The notes under the pieces: generated by a model
Databases searched by the model: none
Seen by the model: only the letters and a program-made list of their open reading frames with translations
What the model was told of the DNA's origin: nothing
In this document: positions 9,527 through 18,488 of the stretch, piece after piece
Numbering within the stretch: position 1 is the first letter of the stretch
Layout: every line of letters begins with the position of its first letter
Assembly: GCA_045612645.1 (NCBI GenBank)
Contig: JAZKZL010000324.1
Coordinates: 368 to 64,367, forward strand
Length of the DNA: 64,000 bases
Source of the DNA: Oscillospiraceae bacterium
Lineage (GTDB): Bacteria; Bacillota; Clostridia; Oscillospirales; Ruminococcaceae
Direction of reading: 5' to 3'
Position numbers and translations under genes: made by a program

Positions 9527-11482
9527 TCAGCCCTCCGACTTTACAGGCTTTACATGATATCTGTCCGCCCTGACTCCGTCGATAGCATTGATGAAATCTG
9601 TGAATCTCGCAAAGCCGTAGTTTCTGAAATCAAATCCCTCAAATCGCTTTTTCAACTGCATACCGAGCGCCCTTACGCTACGGCTGCCACTGCCGTTTGC
9701 AAAATCCTTTACAAACTGCTCGATCTCCTCTGTCTGCTGTGCAAAAGTCTCATCGATATACAGTTTATTGGACTTGATCACGATACCCGTCATTTCCTCC
9801 GCGAGCTTTCTCACAGAGGTATATCCCATTTCCTTTAAGAATGTCTTTCCGTACTTTTCACCGAACATCTTACCTAAAGCAGAGATACCTGCGCCCGTTT
9901 CCGCATTCGCCACAAAATTCAGCACATCACGGCGCACAGAATTCATATCAGGCTTCTCTTCGGCAACTACCTGCGTCGAAGCCGCATCCGCCGGCTGTTC
10001 ATCAACGGATATCTCCACCGTCTCCACTGTCTCAGCCGGGATCTCCACATCTGCACTGACTTCTGCTTCAGGCAGCGGGACAGCAGACTCCGTGTTCTCC
10101 TTTTCATGCTCATCCTCACGGACGATGGCGAGATAGATACGGTTTCTCTTAACTGTTACACCGCCTATTGCGGCAAGCATGGATCTGTAATCCCCAAATC
10201 CAAGCTCTGCACAATAATTCTTGCCAAAGCGATTCATCAGCTCATTATTGAGCTGACCAATATTTCCGCCTGCGGGCATATTATCCGCCGCGTAACCCTT
10301 TATCTGCTCGGTTGCCTTTTCTATGGTTATATCCTCATGCACCACTGCAGGCTCATCTGTCTTTACAAAGATCAGGTTGTTGTCCACAGACAGCTCGTTT
10401 AAAGAGGCAAGCGCCGCATGGAAATCACCGAAACCTATACCACGATAGTAATTCTTGCCGTATTTTCCAATGAGATAGTTATTCAGCTGTCCCGCATTTC
10501 CGCCCTTTGGGGAATTCTCCACTGCATAAGCGATAGCCTCCCTCGCAAAGAGCTCTGCGGTCAGTTTCTCTCCAACAGTTACCTCAACAGGCTCGATTCT
10601 CGTTCCTGTGCGTTTTAACCCAGGCTGACGGTCAATAAACTTTGCAAATCGTTTCGAGCCAAAACGGGAGAAATCTATCTTTCCGAAACGGCTGTTGAGA
10701 TAGCTCTCTATCTTCATCATGTTGTCATTCTGAGGAGCATACTCTTCAAAATACTGCCCGATCGCCGCTACGATATCCGCCTCTGTTACCTCACTCGCCT
10801 TAACTTCAGGAGCAGGCGCGGGTGCTTTTTTCTTCTTCATGGATACGAAAGTGTTGCTCCTTCTTAGCTCAGAAAAACTGTCGATGAAAGAAGAAAAACG
10901 CTTATATCCCAGCTCATCAAAGTTAATGTTGCCAAATCTGGATGTGAGGATCGCACTCACTTTCGCAAGGTCTATGCGCTCGCCATCATGCTCCGCTACA
11001 TAATCGATAACAGTCTTGCGAACCTCTTTCTCATCAAAAGTCGCCTCTGCAATGCACATCCTATCAAGATAACAGAAATGATGGCAGCTTGTAGTGAATG
11101 CCCGAGGCGTTTTCAGCTCTCCGATACCCACAACGAGCTTGCCCGCTTCACGCAGGCGAATAGCAAGACGTGTAAAATCACTGTCGCTGGTAACAAGACA
11201 GAAGCCATCCACATTACCTGTATACAGAATATCCATCGCATCTATTATCATAGAGAAATCCGTAGCGTTCTTACCCGTCACATAGCAGGTCTGCTGAACC
11301 GGCATGATGGAATAATTGATCGCCGCATTGTGCCAGCCATTTCCGCCCTGTTCCCAGTCACCATATACTCTCTTATAGGTGGGAATTCCGTATTTCTCCA
11401 CCTCCTGCATGATAAACTGCGCATGCTTCGGTGATACATTATCGCTGTCAATAAGTACAGCTAGTTTCATCTGATTGAACAT
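9527..11482 (-). CDS. NYN-domain (PIN-like) ribonuclease with six OST-HTH/LOTUS repeats
   Basis: Acidic NYN motifs IDSDN, KNATDFSMIIDAMD and TSDSDF are intact. Six ~65-aa repeats follow with L..[RK][FY]G...F...G[FY]..F..F patterns; the last is FDFRNYGFARFTDFI. Confidence 0.88.
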   Translation of the reverse strand: MFNQMKLAVLIDSDNVSPKHAQFIMQEVEKYGIPTYKRVYGDWEQGGNGWHNAAINYSIMPVQQTCYVTGKNATDFSMIIDAMDILYTGNVDGFCLVTSDSDFTRLAIRLREAGKLVVGIGELKTPRAFTTSCHHFCYLDRMCIAEATFDEKEVRKTVIDYVAEHDGERIDLAKVSAILTSRFGNINFDELGYKRFSSFIDSFSELRRSNTFVSMKKKKAPAPAPEVKASEVTEADIVAAIGQYFEEYAPQNDNMMKIESYLNSRFGKIDFSRFGSKRFAKFIDRQPGLKRTGTRIEPVEVTVGEKLTAELFAREAIAYAVENSPKGGNAGQLNNYLIGKYGKNYYRGIGFGDFHAALASLNELSVDNNLIFVKTDEPAVVHEDITIEKATEQIKGYAADNMPAGGNIGQLNNELMNRFGKNYCAELGFGDYRSMLAAIGGVTVKRNRIYLAIVREDEHEKENTESAVPLPEAEVSADVEIPAETVETVEISVDEQPADAASTQVVAEEKPDMNSVRRDVLNFVANAETGAGISALGKMFGEKYGKTFLKEMGYTSVRKLAEEMTGIVIKSNKLYIDETFAQQTEEIEQFVKDFANGSGSRSVRALGMQLKKRFEGFDFRNYGFARFTDFINAIDGVRADRYHVKPVKSEG

Positions 11483-11493
11483 ATAGACCTCTT

Positions 11494-12321
11494 TTAAATT
11501 GCTACAGGGATCTTATCGGTGAACTCGTGATACTGATAATCCACTGCCGTAAAGCTATTCTTAGTGAATTTATAGAAATCTGTGATATCCTCGACCTGCA
11601 TCTCAGGGGCAGGGAAGGGCTTCTTTTCAATAAGTCTCTTCACCGCATCGATATGACGGTCATAAATATGCGCATCTGCTATAACATGAACGAACTCACC
11701 GGGAACTAATCCGCTTGCCTTTGCAAACATCGTGAGCAGCGCGGCATACTGGCAGACGTTCCAGTTGTTCGCTGTAAGCATATCCTGCGAACGCTGATTG
11801 AGCAGTCCGTTCAGCTTGTTTCCGCTTACATTAAAGGTCATGGAATAAGCACAGGGAGCAAGCTGCATCTCATGCAGGTCAGCATGATTGTAGAGATTAG
11901 TCATGATACGGCGGCTGGCGGGGTTGTTCTTCAGATCAAACAGAACTCTGTCCACCTGATCGAAATCACCCTCCTTGTAGTGATGCTTCACACCCAGCTG
12001 ATAACCATATGCTTTGCCTATCGTTCCGTTCTCATCTGCCCATGCATCCCATACATGAGAACCAAGTTCTGCGATACGGTTTGATTTTTTCTGATATATC
12101 CAGAGTATCTCATCAATGGCAGAGCGGTAATATATTCTGCGCAGTGTCATGATCGGAAATTCCTTCTGCAGATCATAACGATTCACAACACAGAATTTCT
12201 TGATGGTATGGGCAGGAGTTCCGTCCTCCCAGCGGGGGCGCACCTGCTCATCCTCATCGGAAATGCCATTTTCTATGATATCACGGCAGTTCTGAATAAA
12301 CAGCTCATCTGCAAGGCTCAT
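11494..12321 (-). CDS. thyA: Thymidylate synthase
   Basis: IGKAYGYQ, PASRRI, LAPC (catalytic Cys), QRSQD and DAHIYDRH motifs. Confidence 0.96.
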   Translation of the reverse strand: MSLADELFIQNCRDIIENGISDEDEQVRPRWEDGTPAHTIKKFCVVNRYDLQKEFPIMTLRRIYYRSAIDEILWIYQKKSNRIAELGSHVWDAWADENGTIGKAYGYQLGVKHHYKEGDFDQVDRVLFDLKNNPASRRIMTNLYNHADLHEMQLAPCAYSMTFNVSGNKLNGLLNQRSQDMLTANNWNVCQYAALLTMFAKASGLVPGEFVHVIADAHIYDRHIDAVKRLIEKKPFPAPEMQVEDITDFYKFTKNSFTAVDYQYHEFTDKIPVAI

Positions 12322-12339
12322 GATTTTTCCTCCTAACCC

Positions 12340-12399
12340 AAAAGGCGGAACAGGGCATACCTTCCCTCATTAAATGGAGAGGTAGCCATTGCTTCCGCC
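12340..12399 (-). promoter_or_regulatory. Long imperfect hairpin plus U4 just before the thyA RBS (terminator or attenuator)
   Basis: Nested pairs on the mRNA: GGCGGAA/UUCCGCC, GGC/GCC, UACCU/AGGUA. Confidence 0.5.
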
Positions 12400-12410
12400 C
12401 TTGTAATATT

Positions 12411-13607
12411 TTAGATCTTATTAAAGATAGAGGACGCCGTAAAATCCACATCCTCATATTTTACCTTTTCAAACACGGAAAGGCCTGCTGTTTCGCACAT
12501 GCTGTAAATCTTAATGTTATTGCCGTCAGCATAGGCACGAACTCGATCAAATACGCTCTTTGCCTTGTCAGGGAAGCCAGCAGTCGCGCCCTCAGCGACC
12601 TTTCTGCCGATTCCATCGCCATCGATATCGAGAGCGAACAGTCCATCAAAGCCATACAGATATATCTCTGTGAATCCCATATACACAGCCAACTGGATCA
12701 TCTCATAAAGAGGCAGGATAACAGACGTCTCGTAAAGACTATCAGAAGTCTCAAATGTGGGCAGACCATCGATCAGACCCTTACCAAGAGAATTGATGTA
12801 TGTGGGCTTTTTCTTGAACTTATCCTCAAACACCTTAACATCGGCATTCACAAAGCACTCCATGCCCTCAATATACTTACCGTTACCGAGATAGGACTTA
12901 GCTTCGGTCAGCAGGTAATAAGAGGGACGCTGAGGCGTTCTGGAGAAGAAATCACAGAAATCATCGCAAGCAAAGGTGCGCTCATTCATGATAACATTCA
13001 GCTCGTCCAGCTTGGAAGAATTGTTTCCGAGGATAAAGCAGCGCTGACCCTTCATCTTATCCTTGTAGGACGCCATCTGAGCAGCAGTAGCCGCCTCCAT
13101 GCCGCTGTATTTCTTAGAATCTGCCGCGATAGCGGAACTGATCTTCTTGTTTGCCATATTAAAACCAAAGCCTGTGGGCTCATTCATTTCGCAGAAGTCA
13201 CGCTCGGTATATCCACATATGGACTTCAGCGCCGCCGCAATGCCGGAAGAAGTACCCAGCACCTTGTCCATAGCCGCAAGCTGTATCTCTGCGCTGTAAT
13301 ACGGTGCAAGGATAAGCACATAGAAGGATGAAGCCTTACCCTTGATCTCATCAATAAATCTGACGGTTCCATCCTCAAGAGCCTTATCCTCTTCAATTGT
13401 AACTCTGTATGCAATTTCGGGAACACGGACATTCTTCTTGCGCAGCGCATCGATAGTTTCATTAAGCACTGCAAGATCCTCATCACCGCCGATAACTACC
13501 AGCTTTCTCTGTCCGATTATCTCGATATTTTTTACAAGATAGTTTTTATAGGCTCCGCTCTTTCCGCTGCGGATCTTTGCGTCGTGCAGATATGTTGAGT
13601 AATCCAT
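12411..13607 (-). CDS. Maf/MptE-like (DUF115-type) domain protein
   Basis: C-terminal KGQRCFILGNNSS ... MIQLAVYMGFTEIYLYGFD resembles the 6-hydroxymethylpterin diphosphokinase-like/Maf fold. Confidence 0.6.
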   Translation of the reverse strand: MDYSTYLHDAKIRSGKSGAYKNYLVKNIEIIGQRKLVVIGGDEDLAVLNETIDALRKKNVRVPEIAYRVTIEEDKALEDGTVRFIDEIKGKASSFYVLILAPYYSAEIQLAAMDKVLGTSSGIAAALKSICGYTERDFCEMNEPTGFGFNMANKKISSAIAADSKKYSGMEAATAAQMASYKDKMKGQRCFILGNNSSKLDELNVIMNERTFACDDFCDFFSRTPQRPSYYLLTEAKSYLGNGKYIEGMECFVNADVKVFEDKFKKKPTYINSLGKGLIDGLPTFETSDSLYETSVILPLYEMIQLAVYMGFTEIYLYGFDGLFALDIDGDGIGRKVAEGATAGFPDKAKSVFDRVRAYADGNNIKIYSMCETAGLSVFEKVKYEDVDFTASSIFNKI

Positions 13608-13637
13608 TCAAATCCCTCGCTTTCGTTTTCCGTTGTT

Positions 13638-14957
13638 TTATTCGCTGAGCATGAACATATTGTAAATAACCTTGATAGCCTTCTCAAAATCAGCACTCTC
13701 GATACCAACGATGATATTAAGCTCACTGGAACCCTGGTCGATCATTCTGATATTGATATTTGCATGAGAAAGAGCAGCAAACACACGTGTAGCAACGCCC
13801 TTTACAGATCTCATGCCACGTCCCACAACAGCTATAAGCGCCATTCCGTCAACGATCTCGAAATGATCGGGCTTGATAACATCCTTCAGACGCTGAGTCA
13901 GCTTTTCACGCTGACCGTCCAGTTCTTCGGAATTTACGATCACGCTGATGGTATCGATACCTGTAGGCATATGCTCGGGGAAAATACCGTGATTCTCAAG
14001 CACCTGCAGCAGTCTTCTCATAAAGCCCTTATGGCTGTTCATTCTATCCTTTTCAATGGAAATTACAGAGAAATTCTTCTTACCTGCAATACCTGTGATA
14101 ACATGCTCAGCAGCAGGCTTTGTCTCGGAAGGAACGATCAGTGTGCCTGCATCCTCGGGAGCATTGGTGTTCTTAATGTTGATCGGAATATTTGCACTTC
14201 TTACAGGGAACACCGCATCCTCATGCAGAACACTTGCACCCATATAAGAAAGCTCGCGCAGCTCACTATATGTGATGACCTTGATGCCTGCGGGGTTTTC
14301 TACTATTCTGGGATCAGCCACCAGCATACCGCTTACATCAGTCCAGTTCTCGTACATGGAAGCTCCTGCTGCCTTTGCAACAACAGAGCCTGTGAAATCA
14401 GAACCACCGCGGGAAAATGTCTTGATGGTGCCGTCAGGCATAGCTCCATAGAAACCGGGGATAACAGCCTTTTCAGCCTTATCCAGCATAGCGCCAAGGC
14501 AAGCGTTTGTGATGTCATCGTCAAACTTGCCCTTGTTATCAAAGAAGATGGCCTTTGCTGCGTCGATGAAAGCAAATCCGAGATAGTTTGCAAGGATGAT
14601 ACCGTTCAGATATTCACCACGGCTTGCAGCATACTCTCTGCCTGCAGCAGCCTTGAAATTAACACCGATCTTCTCAAACTCCTCATCAAGATCAAGAGTC
14701 AGACCGAGATCGGAAATAATGCCGTTAAAACGCTCCTTGATAGGTGCGAATGCCTTTGTGAAATCCTCGCCGCTCTGCACTGCATCATAGCAGGTGTACA
14801 GCATGTCAGTAACCTTGATATCATCAGAATATCTCTTACCGGGAGCGGAGGGTACAACATAGCAGCGCTCAGGATCTGCATGGATTATATCAGCCACCTT
14901 GCGGAACTGATTTGCATCGGCAAGAGAGCTGCCGCCGAACTTTACAACTTTACTCAT
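13638..14957 (-). CDS. Aspartate kinase
   Basis: VVKFGGSSLAD, SRGGSDFTG, WTDVSG, DPRIV and two ACT domains. Start moved to ATG 14957 (GAAAGGA RBS); sigA-like promoter TTGCAT-17-TATGAT at 15047-15019. Confidence 0.96.
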   Translation of the reverse strand: MSKVVKFGGSSLADANQFRKVADIIHADPERCYVVPSAPGKRYSDDIKVTDMLYTCYDAVQSGEDFTKAFAPIKERFNGIISDLGLTLDLDEEFEKIGVNFKAAAGREYAASRGEYLNGIILANYLGFAFIDAAKAIFFDNKGKFDDDITNACLGAMLDKAEKAVIPGFYGAMPDGTIKTFSRGGSDFTGSVVAKAAGASMYENWTDVSGMLVADPRIVENPAGIKVITYSELRELSYMGASVLHEDAVFPVRSANIPINIKNTNAPEDAGTLIVPSETKPAAEHVITGIAGKKNFSVISIEKDRMNSHKGFMRRLLQVLENHGIFPEHMPTGIDTISVIVNSEELDGQREKLTQRLKDVIKPDHFEIVDGMALIAVVGRGMRSVKGVATRVFAALSHANINIRMIDQGSSELNIIVGIESADFEKAIKVIYNMFMLSE

Positions 14958-15074
14958 AGAAATATGTCCTTTCAGTTTGTTTATGTTATTTTTATTTATA
15001 TATACAGATATATATGATATCATACCACAAAATCCCTGAAAATGCAATAGCAGAGCCGAAAAAATTCATCACAT

Positions 15075-15104
15075 AAAAGCACCGCACATTTTTATGTGCG
15101 GTGC
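15075..15104 (-). terminator. Intrinsic terminator of the glycosyltransferase gene
   Basis: gcaccgcacat-tttt-atgtgcggtgc, followed by TTTT on the minus strand. Confidence 0.75.
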
Positions 15105-15118
15105 GGAAAATATATCGA

Positions 15119-17026
15119 TCACTGTCCCATATCTGCTTTTATCAGCTGCTGATAAACCTTTGCAATGGGAGCATAATCCTTGTTTATCTGGATAAGCTGT
15201 CGCAGGGCGGCTACGCATTCCTTAAAATTACGCATACCTCTCAGGATGTTGATCTGCTCCAGAGTAACTGCCGCCATCACATCCTGTGTGATATTGTTCT
15301 CGCCATAAGTGTTAAGATACTTCATAGCAAGCTTTCCGACTTTCAGTGCCATAGGAATAATATCTTTTCCTCCCCCTGAAAGGACGATAATATCCTGCAT
15401 ATACAGTCTTATCAAACACTGCAGGCTCTCTTCATCCTGATTGCCTTCAAGAGTATATTCAGATAAAGCTTCCCCGAAACCAACGATGTTGGAATGACCA
15501 CCGATAAGATCTCTCCTAAGATCGGCGCTATCCAGCACATAAGGAGTTATATCCATATTGCTGCGAAGCATTATATACAGCAGTTCAGGATAATTTGCTC
15601 CGTTTTCTTCAATAAAAGCCTCAACCTTTTCCTGGGTAAGAGCATTATCAACGATATGTGTTTTCAGAAGCTCGACCAGCTGTCTGCTGATCTTATCGCT
15701 GAGATTCATGCCCACAAGCCTGTTAAGCATACTGCGCTGCTCGTCAAAATTCCATGTGAACACACGATATCTGATAGCAGCAAGGAACATCGGCTTATCC
15801 TTATCCTCAAGAGTATTATACATCAGACCCAGAGCCTTTGCATCGGTAAGTCTCAGAAAATCGATGATCTGATTCAGGCGCATGATATGGTCTATATCAG
15901 AAAAAGTGAACTTCTTCAACGGATACTTTTTGAAATTCACTTCTGCGTCCTTATATCTTTTCAAACGCAAACAAGCCTCTGTAAAATTCAAATTAGTGCT
16001 GAGAAATACATTTTCATTATCAAAAACACATGCTACATAAAGAGATTCTCTTGTGCATATACCCTCTTTGGTGAATTTTTCTTTTAATGAATAGAATTTT
16101 TTAAACTCATCATACGCTTCTTTATATCTTTCCTCTCTGAACAGCAACATTGCTTTGAACGCATAGAATTCCGTATCAAGGGTTCGCTCCTTAACACGGA
16201 TATCCATATCCACAGCGAAATACTCATCATAAAGCTTATATAATTCTTCATGATTTTTTGCACTGTACATATGAAGTGCCAATGCATAATATAGCGCCAT
16301 AATATATTCGGTTTTCATCTTTTTACACAGTTCTATTCCCTGATATGCGTACTCGATAGCCTGTGTTTTATCCTCAAGGAAGTTATATGTATCATACAAT
16401 TCCTTGTAGAGTGTGGGGTCATTATCCTTTGCATCAGTCAGCAGGCGTTCCTGCAGCAGCTTAGAATTTCTTTCGAATTTTTCGTTGAGCAATTCTTTGT
16501 TATTAGCGAATGAATATCCATAATGATCCACTATATCTATAAGCAGCCTTTTTGGATCGATAAATGGCTCCAGCTTTTCATGCACCACGCCAACAAATTT
16601 GGTTTCGGGAGCAATTTTTACTAGTCTGGGTATATAGCAATCAAAGTAATCCGCCCTGTTATTCAGGTTGGCATAGCTTCTTATCTTTATAAAAGCTGAA
16701 TTAAAACTCTTGTATTCACCGGTTACAAAGAAATTAATTACATCCTCACAGGACTGATATATCTCATCCGCATCAATGAACATATACCACTGGCCATTTG
16801 CGGCATTCAGGCTGACATTTCTTGCAGCGGAAAAATCGTTTATCCAGTCGAAATGCAACACATTATCGGTGAATTCCTTTGCAATATCCACTGTTTTATC
16901 AGTGGACCCTGTATCTACAATTATAAGCTCACTGTCCACCGCATCACGCAGAGGCTGAATAGATTCAAGACATTTCCTGAGGTATTTCTCCTCATTCTTT
17001 ACTATCATACCGATTGAAAGCAGCAT
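15119..17026 (-). CDS. Family 2 glycosyltransferase with a helical/TPR-like C-terminus, likely flagellin glycosylation
   Basis: MIVKNEE, VDTGSTDKT, DFSAARN, FIDADE and VHE motifs; adjacent to the flagellins; promoter TTGTAT-17-TAAAAT at 17090-17062. Confidence 0.9.
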   Translation of the reverse strand: MLLSIGMIVKNEEKYLRKCLESIQPLRDAVDSELIIVDTGSTDKTVDIAKEFTDNVLHFDWINDFSAARNVSLNAANGQWYMFIDADEIYQSCEDVINFFVTGEYKSFNSAFIKIRSYANLNNRADYFDCYIPRLVKIAPETKFVGVVHEKLEPFIDPKRLLIDIVDHYGYSFANNKELLNEKFERNSKLLQERLLTDAKDNDPTLYKELYDTYNFLEDKTQAIEYAYQGIELCKKMKTEYIMALYYALALHMYSAKNHEELYKLYDEYFAVDMDIRVKERTLDTEFYAFKAMLLFREERYKEAYDEFKKFYSLKEKFTKEGICTRESLYVACVFDNENVFLSTNLNFTEACLRLKRYKDAEVNFKKYPLKKFTFSDIDHIMRLNQIIDFLRLTDAKALGLMYNTLEDKDKPMFLAAIRYRVFTWNFDEQRSMLNRLVGMNLSDKISRQLVELLKTHIVDNALTQEKVEAFIEENGANYPELLYIMLRSNMDITPYVLDSADLRRDLIGGHSNIVGFGEALSEYTLEGNQDEESLQCLIRLYMQDIIVLSGGGKDIIPMALKVGKLAMKYLNTYGENNITQDVMAAVTLEQINILRGMRNFKECVAALRQLIQINKDYAPIAKVYQQLIKADMGQ

Positions 17027-17112
17027 ACTGATCTTCCTTCCCGATTATTATTGATACATCTATTTTACCATAAAACTCACACAGATACAATATCCTGATA
17101 AATATTTTATAT

Positions 17113-17143
17113 AAAAAAACTCCCCCGAATCACTTCGGGGGAG
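17113..17143 (-). terminator. Intrinsic terminator of flagellin 1
   Basis: ctcccccgaa-tcac-ttcgggggag plus T7 on the minus strand. Confidence 0.85.
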
Positions 17144-17209
17144 CCTCGTTAGCTAGTTAGCTAGTCAGCTATCATGCTGCCTTGCCATTCTTAAGCTGCA
17201 GGGTTATAA

Positions 17210-18211
17210 TTAACCGAGGAGCTGCAGGATGGACTGGGGCTGCTGATTTGCCTGAGCGAGCATAGACTGAGCAGCCTGCTGAAGGATGTTGTACTTGGTG
17301 TAGTTCATCATCTCAGAAGCCATGTCTGTGTCACGGATTGTGGACTCAGCCTCGGTCATGTTCTCAGCTGTTGTGGTCAGGTTCTCGATCTTGTGCTCGA
17401 GACGGTTCTGGATGGAACCGAATGTAGCTCTAACCATGGAAACCTTGTTGATAGCGTAGTCGATCTGGTCGATAGCTGCGTTAGCAGAAGCCTGTGTAGA
17501 GAGGCTCAGACCAGCAGTGCTCAGACCATCTGCACGAGAAGATACGTCCATGTTAGCGGACAGAGAGCCGATACCGGAAGCTGCATATGCGAATGTGAAG
17601 TTAACAGCATCCTTGGAACGAGCGCCTACCTGCAGAACGATGCTGCTTGTGTAGGTCAGATCAGCACCAGCAGCGCTGTATGCGTTACCAACAGAAACCT
17701 GTGTTGTGGAAGTAGTGGGAGTTGTCTCAGCTGCTGCAGTGTAATCGAACAGATTATCAGTCTGTACAGTACCATCAGCCATTGTACCGCCGTTCAGAGC
17801 AGTAACACCGTTGAAGTCTGTATCAGCAATCTGGTTCAGCTCATCGTTCAGCTGATCGAACTCGAGCTGGATAGCAGCGCGGTCTGTAGCGTCATCATAT
17901 GTGCCGTTAGCGGACTCAGCTGCGAGCTCCTTCATTCTCTGAAGGATAGAGTGTGTCTCAGTCAGAGCGCCCTCATAAGTCTGGATCATGGAGATACCAT
18001 CCTGAGAGTTTCTCTTAGCCTGGTTCAGACCACGGATCTGGGATCTCATCTTCTCAGAGATTGCGAGACCAGCTGCGTCGTCACCTGCACGGTTGATTCT
18101 GAAACCGGAAGAGAGCTTCTCAGAAGACTTCTTCATAGAGTTAACGTTGTAGTTAAGTCTGTTGTAAGAGTTGAGCGCGTTCATGTTATGCTGTACTACC
18201 ATGCCTGCCAT
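17210..18211 (-). CDS. fliC: Flagellin (probable major subunit)
   Basis: LSSGFRINRAGDDAAGLAISEKMRSQIRGL and C-terminal QNRLEH...IRDTDMA...MLAQANQ. Start ATG 18211 behind AAGGAGG; codon choice looks strongly biased. Confidence 0.97.
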   Translation of the reverse strand: MAGMVVQHNMNALNSYNRLNYNVNSMKKSSEKLSSGFRINRAGDDAAGLAISEKMRSQIRGLNQAKRNSQDGISMIQTYEGALTETHSILQRMKELAAESANGTYDDATDRAAIQLEFDQLNDELNQIADTDFNGVTALNGGTMADGTVQTDNLFDYTAAAETTPTTSTTQVSVGNAYSAAGADLTYTSSIVLQVGARSKDAVNFTFAYAASGIGSLSANMDVSSRADGLSTAGLSLSTQASANAAIDQIDYAINKVSMVRATFGSIQNRLEHKIENLTTTAENMTEAESTIRDTDMASEMMNYTKYNILQQAAQSMLAQANQQPQSILQLLG

Positions 18212-18233
18212 AAAAATTTCCTCCTTGAAATTC

Positions 18234-18278
18234 ACGTCCCTGTTAACTTATTCAGGAAATCCGTTCCTGTGGGGACGT
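18234..18278 (-). promoter_or_regulatory. Putative CsrA-binding hairpin in the flagellin 5' UTR
   Basis: mRNA hairpin CAGGAA-CGGAU-UUCCUG (ANGGA at the loop) inside an outer ACGUCCC/GGGACGU stem, as in B. subtilis hag. Confidence 0.7.
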
Positions 18279-18355
18279 ATGGTTGAAAGTAATAATGTTG
18301 TTCTCTTATGTACACTGGGAGAACGGTTTTTAGCTTTTCAGCTATCACGTATATT

Positions 18356-18383
18356 ATATCGGTGGATTTTTTCAAAACTTTAG
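18356..18383 (-). promoter_or_regulatory. Sigma-28 (SigD/FliA) promoter of flagellin 1
   Basis: CTAAA-N16-CCGATAT exact consensus, with A-tracts upstream. Confidence 0.9.
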
Positions 18384-18488
18384 CGTTTTTTTAGATTTTT
18401 TTTTAAAATTTTTTATTTTTTTGGAAATAGCTCCAATGGATATGAAAATCCCCTCTCCATGATTTGGAAAGGGGATAATGATCGTAAA

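Noticed and set aside
14958-15075. Lysine riboswitch before aspartokinase
   Set aside because: The promoter lies ~60 bp from the start codon, and the leader is too short and AT-rich.
18385-18423. Poly-T tracts as a phase-variation switch for flagellin
   Set aside because: They lie upstream of the -35 element rather than in the spacer or CDS, and fit an UP-element-like A-tract.
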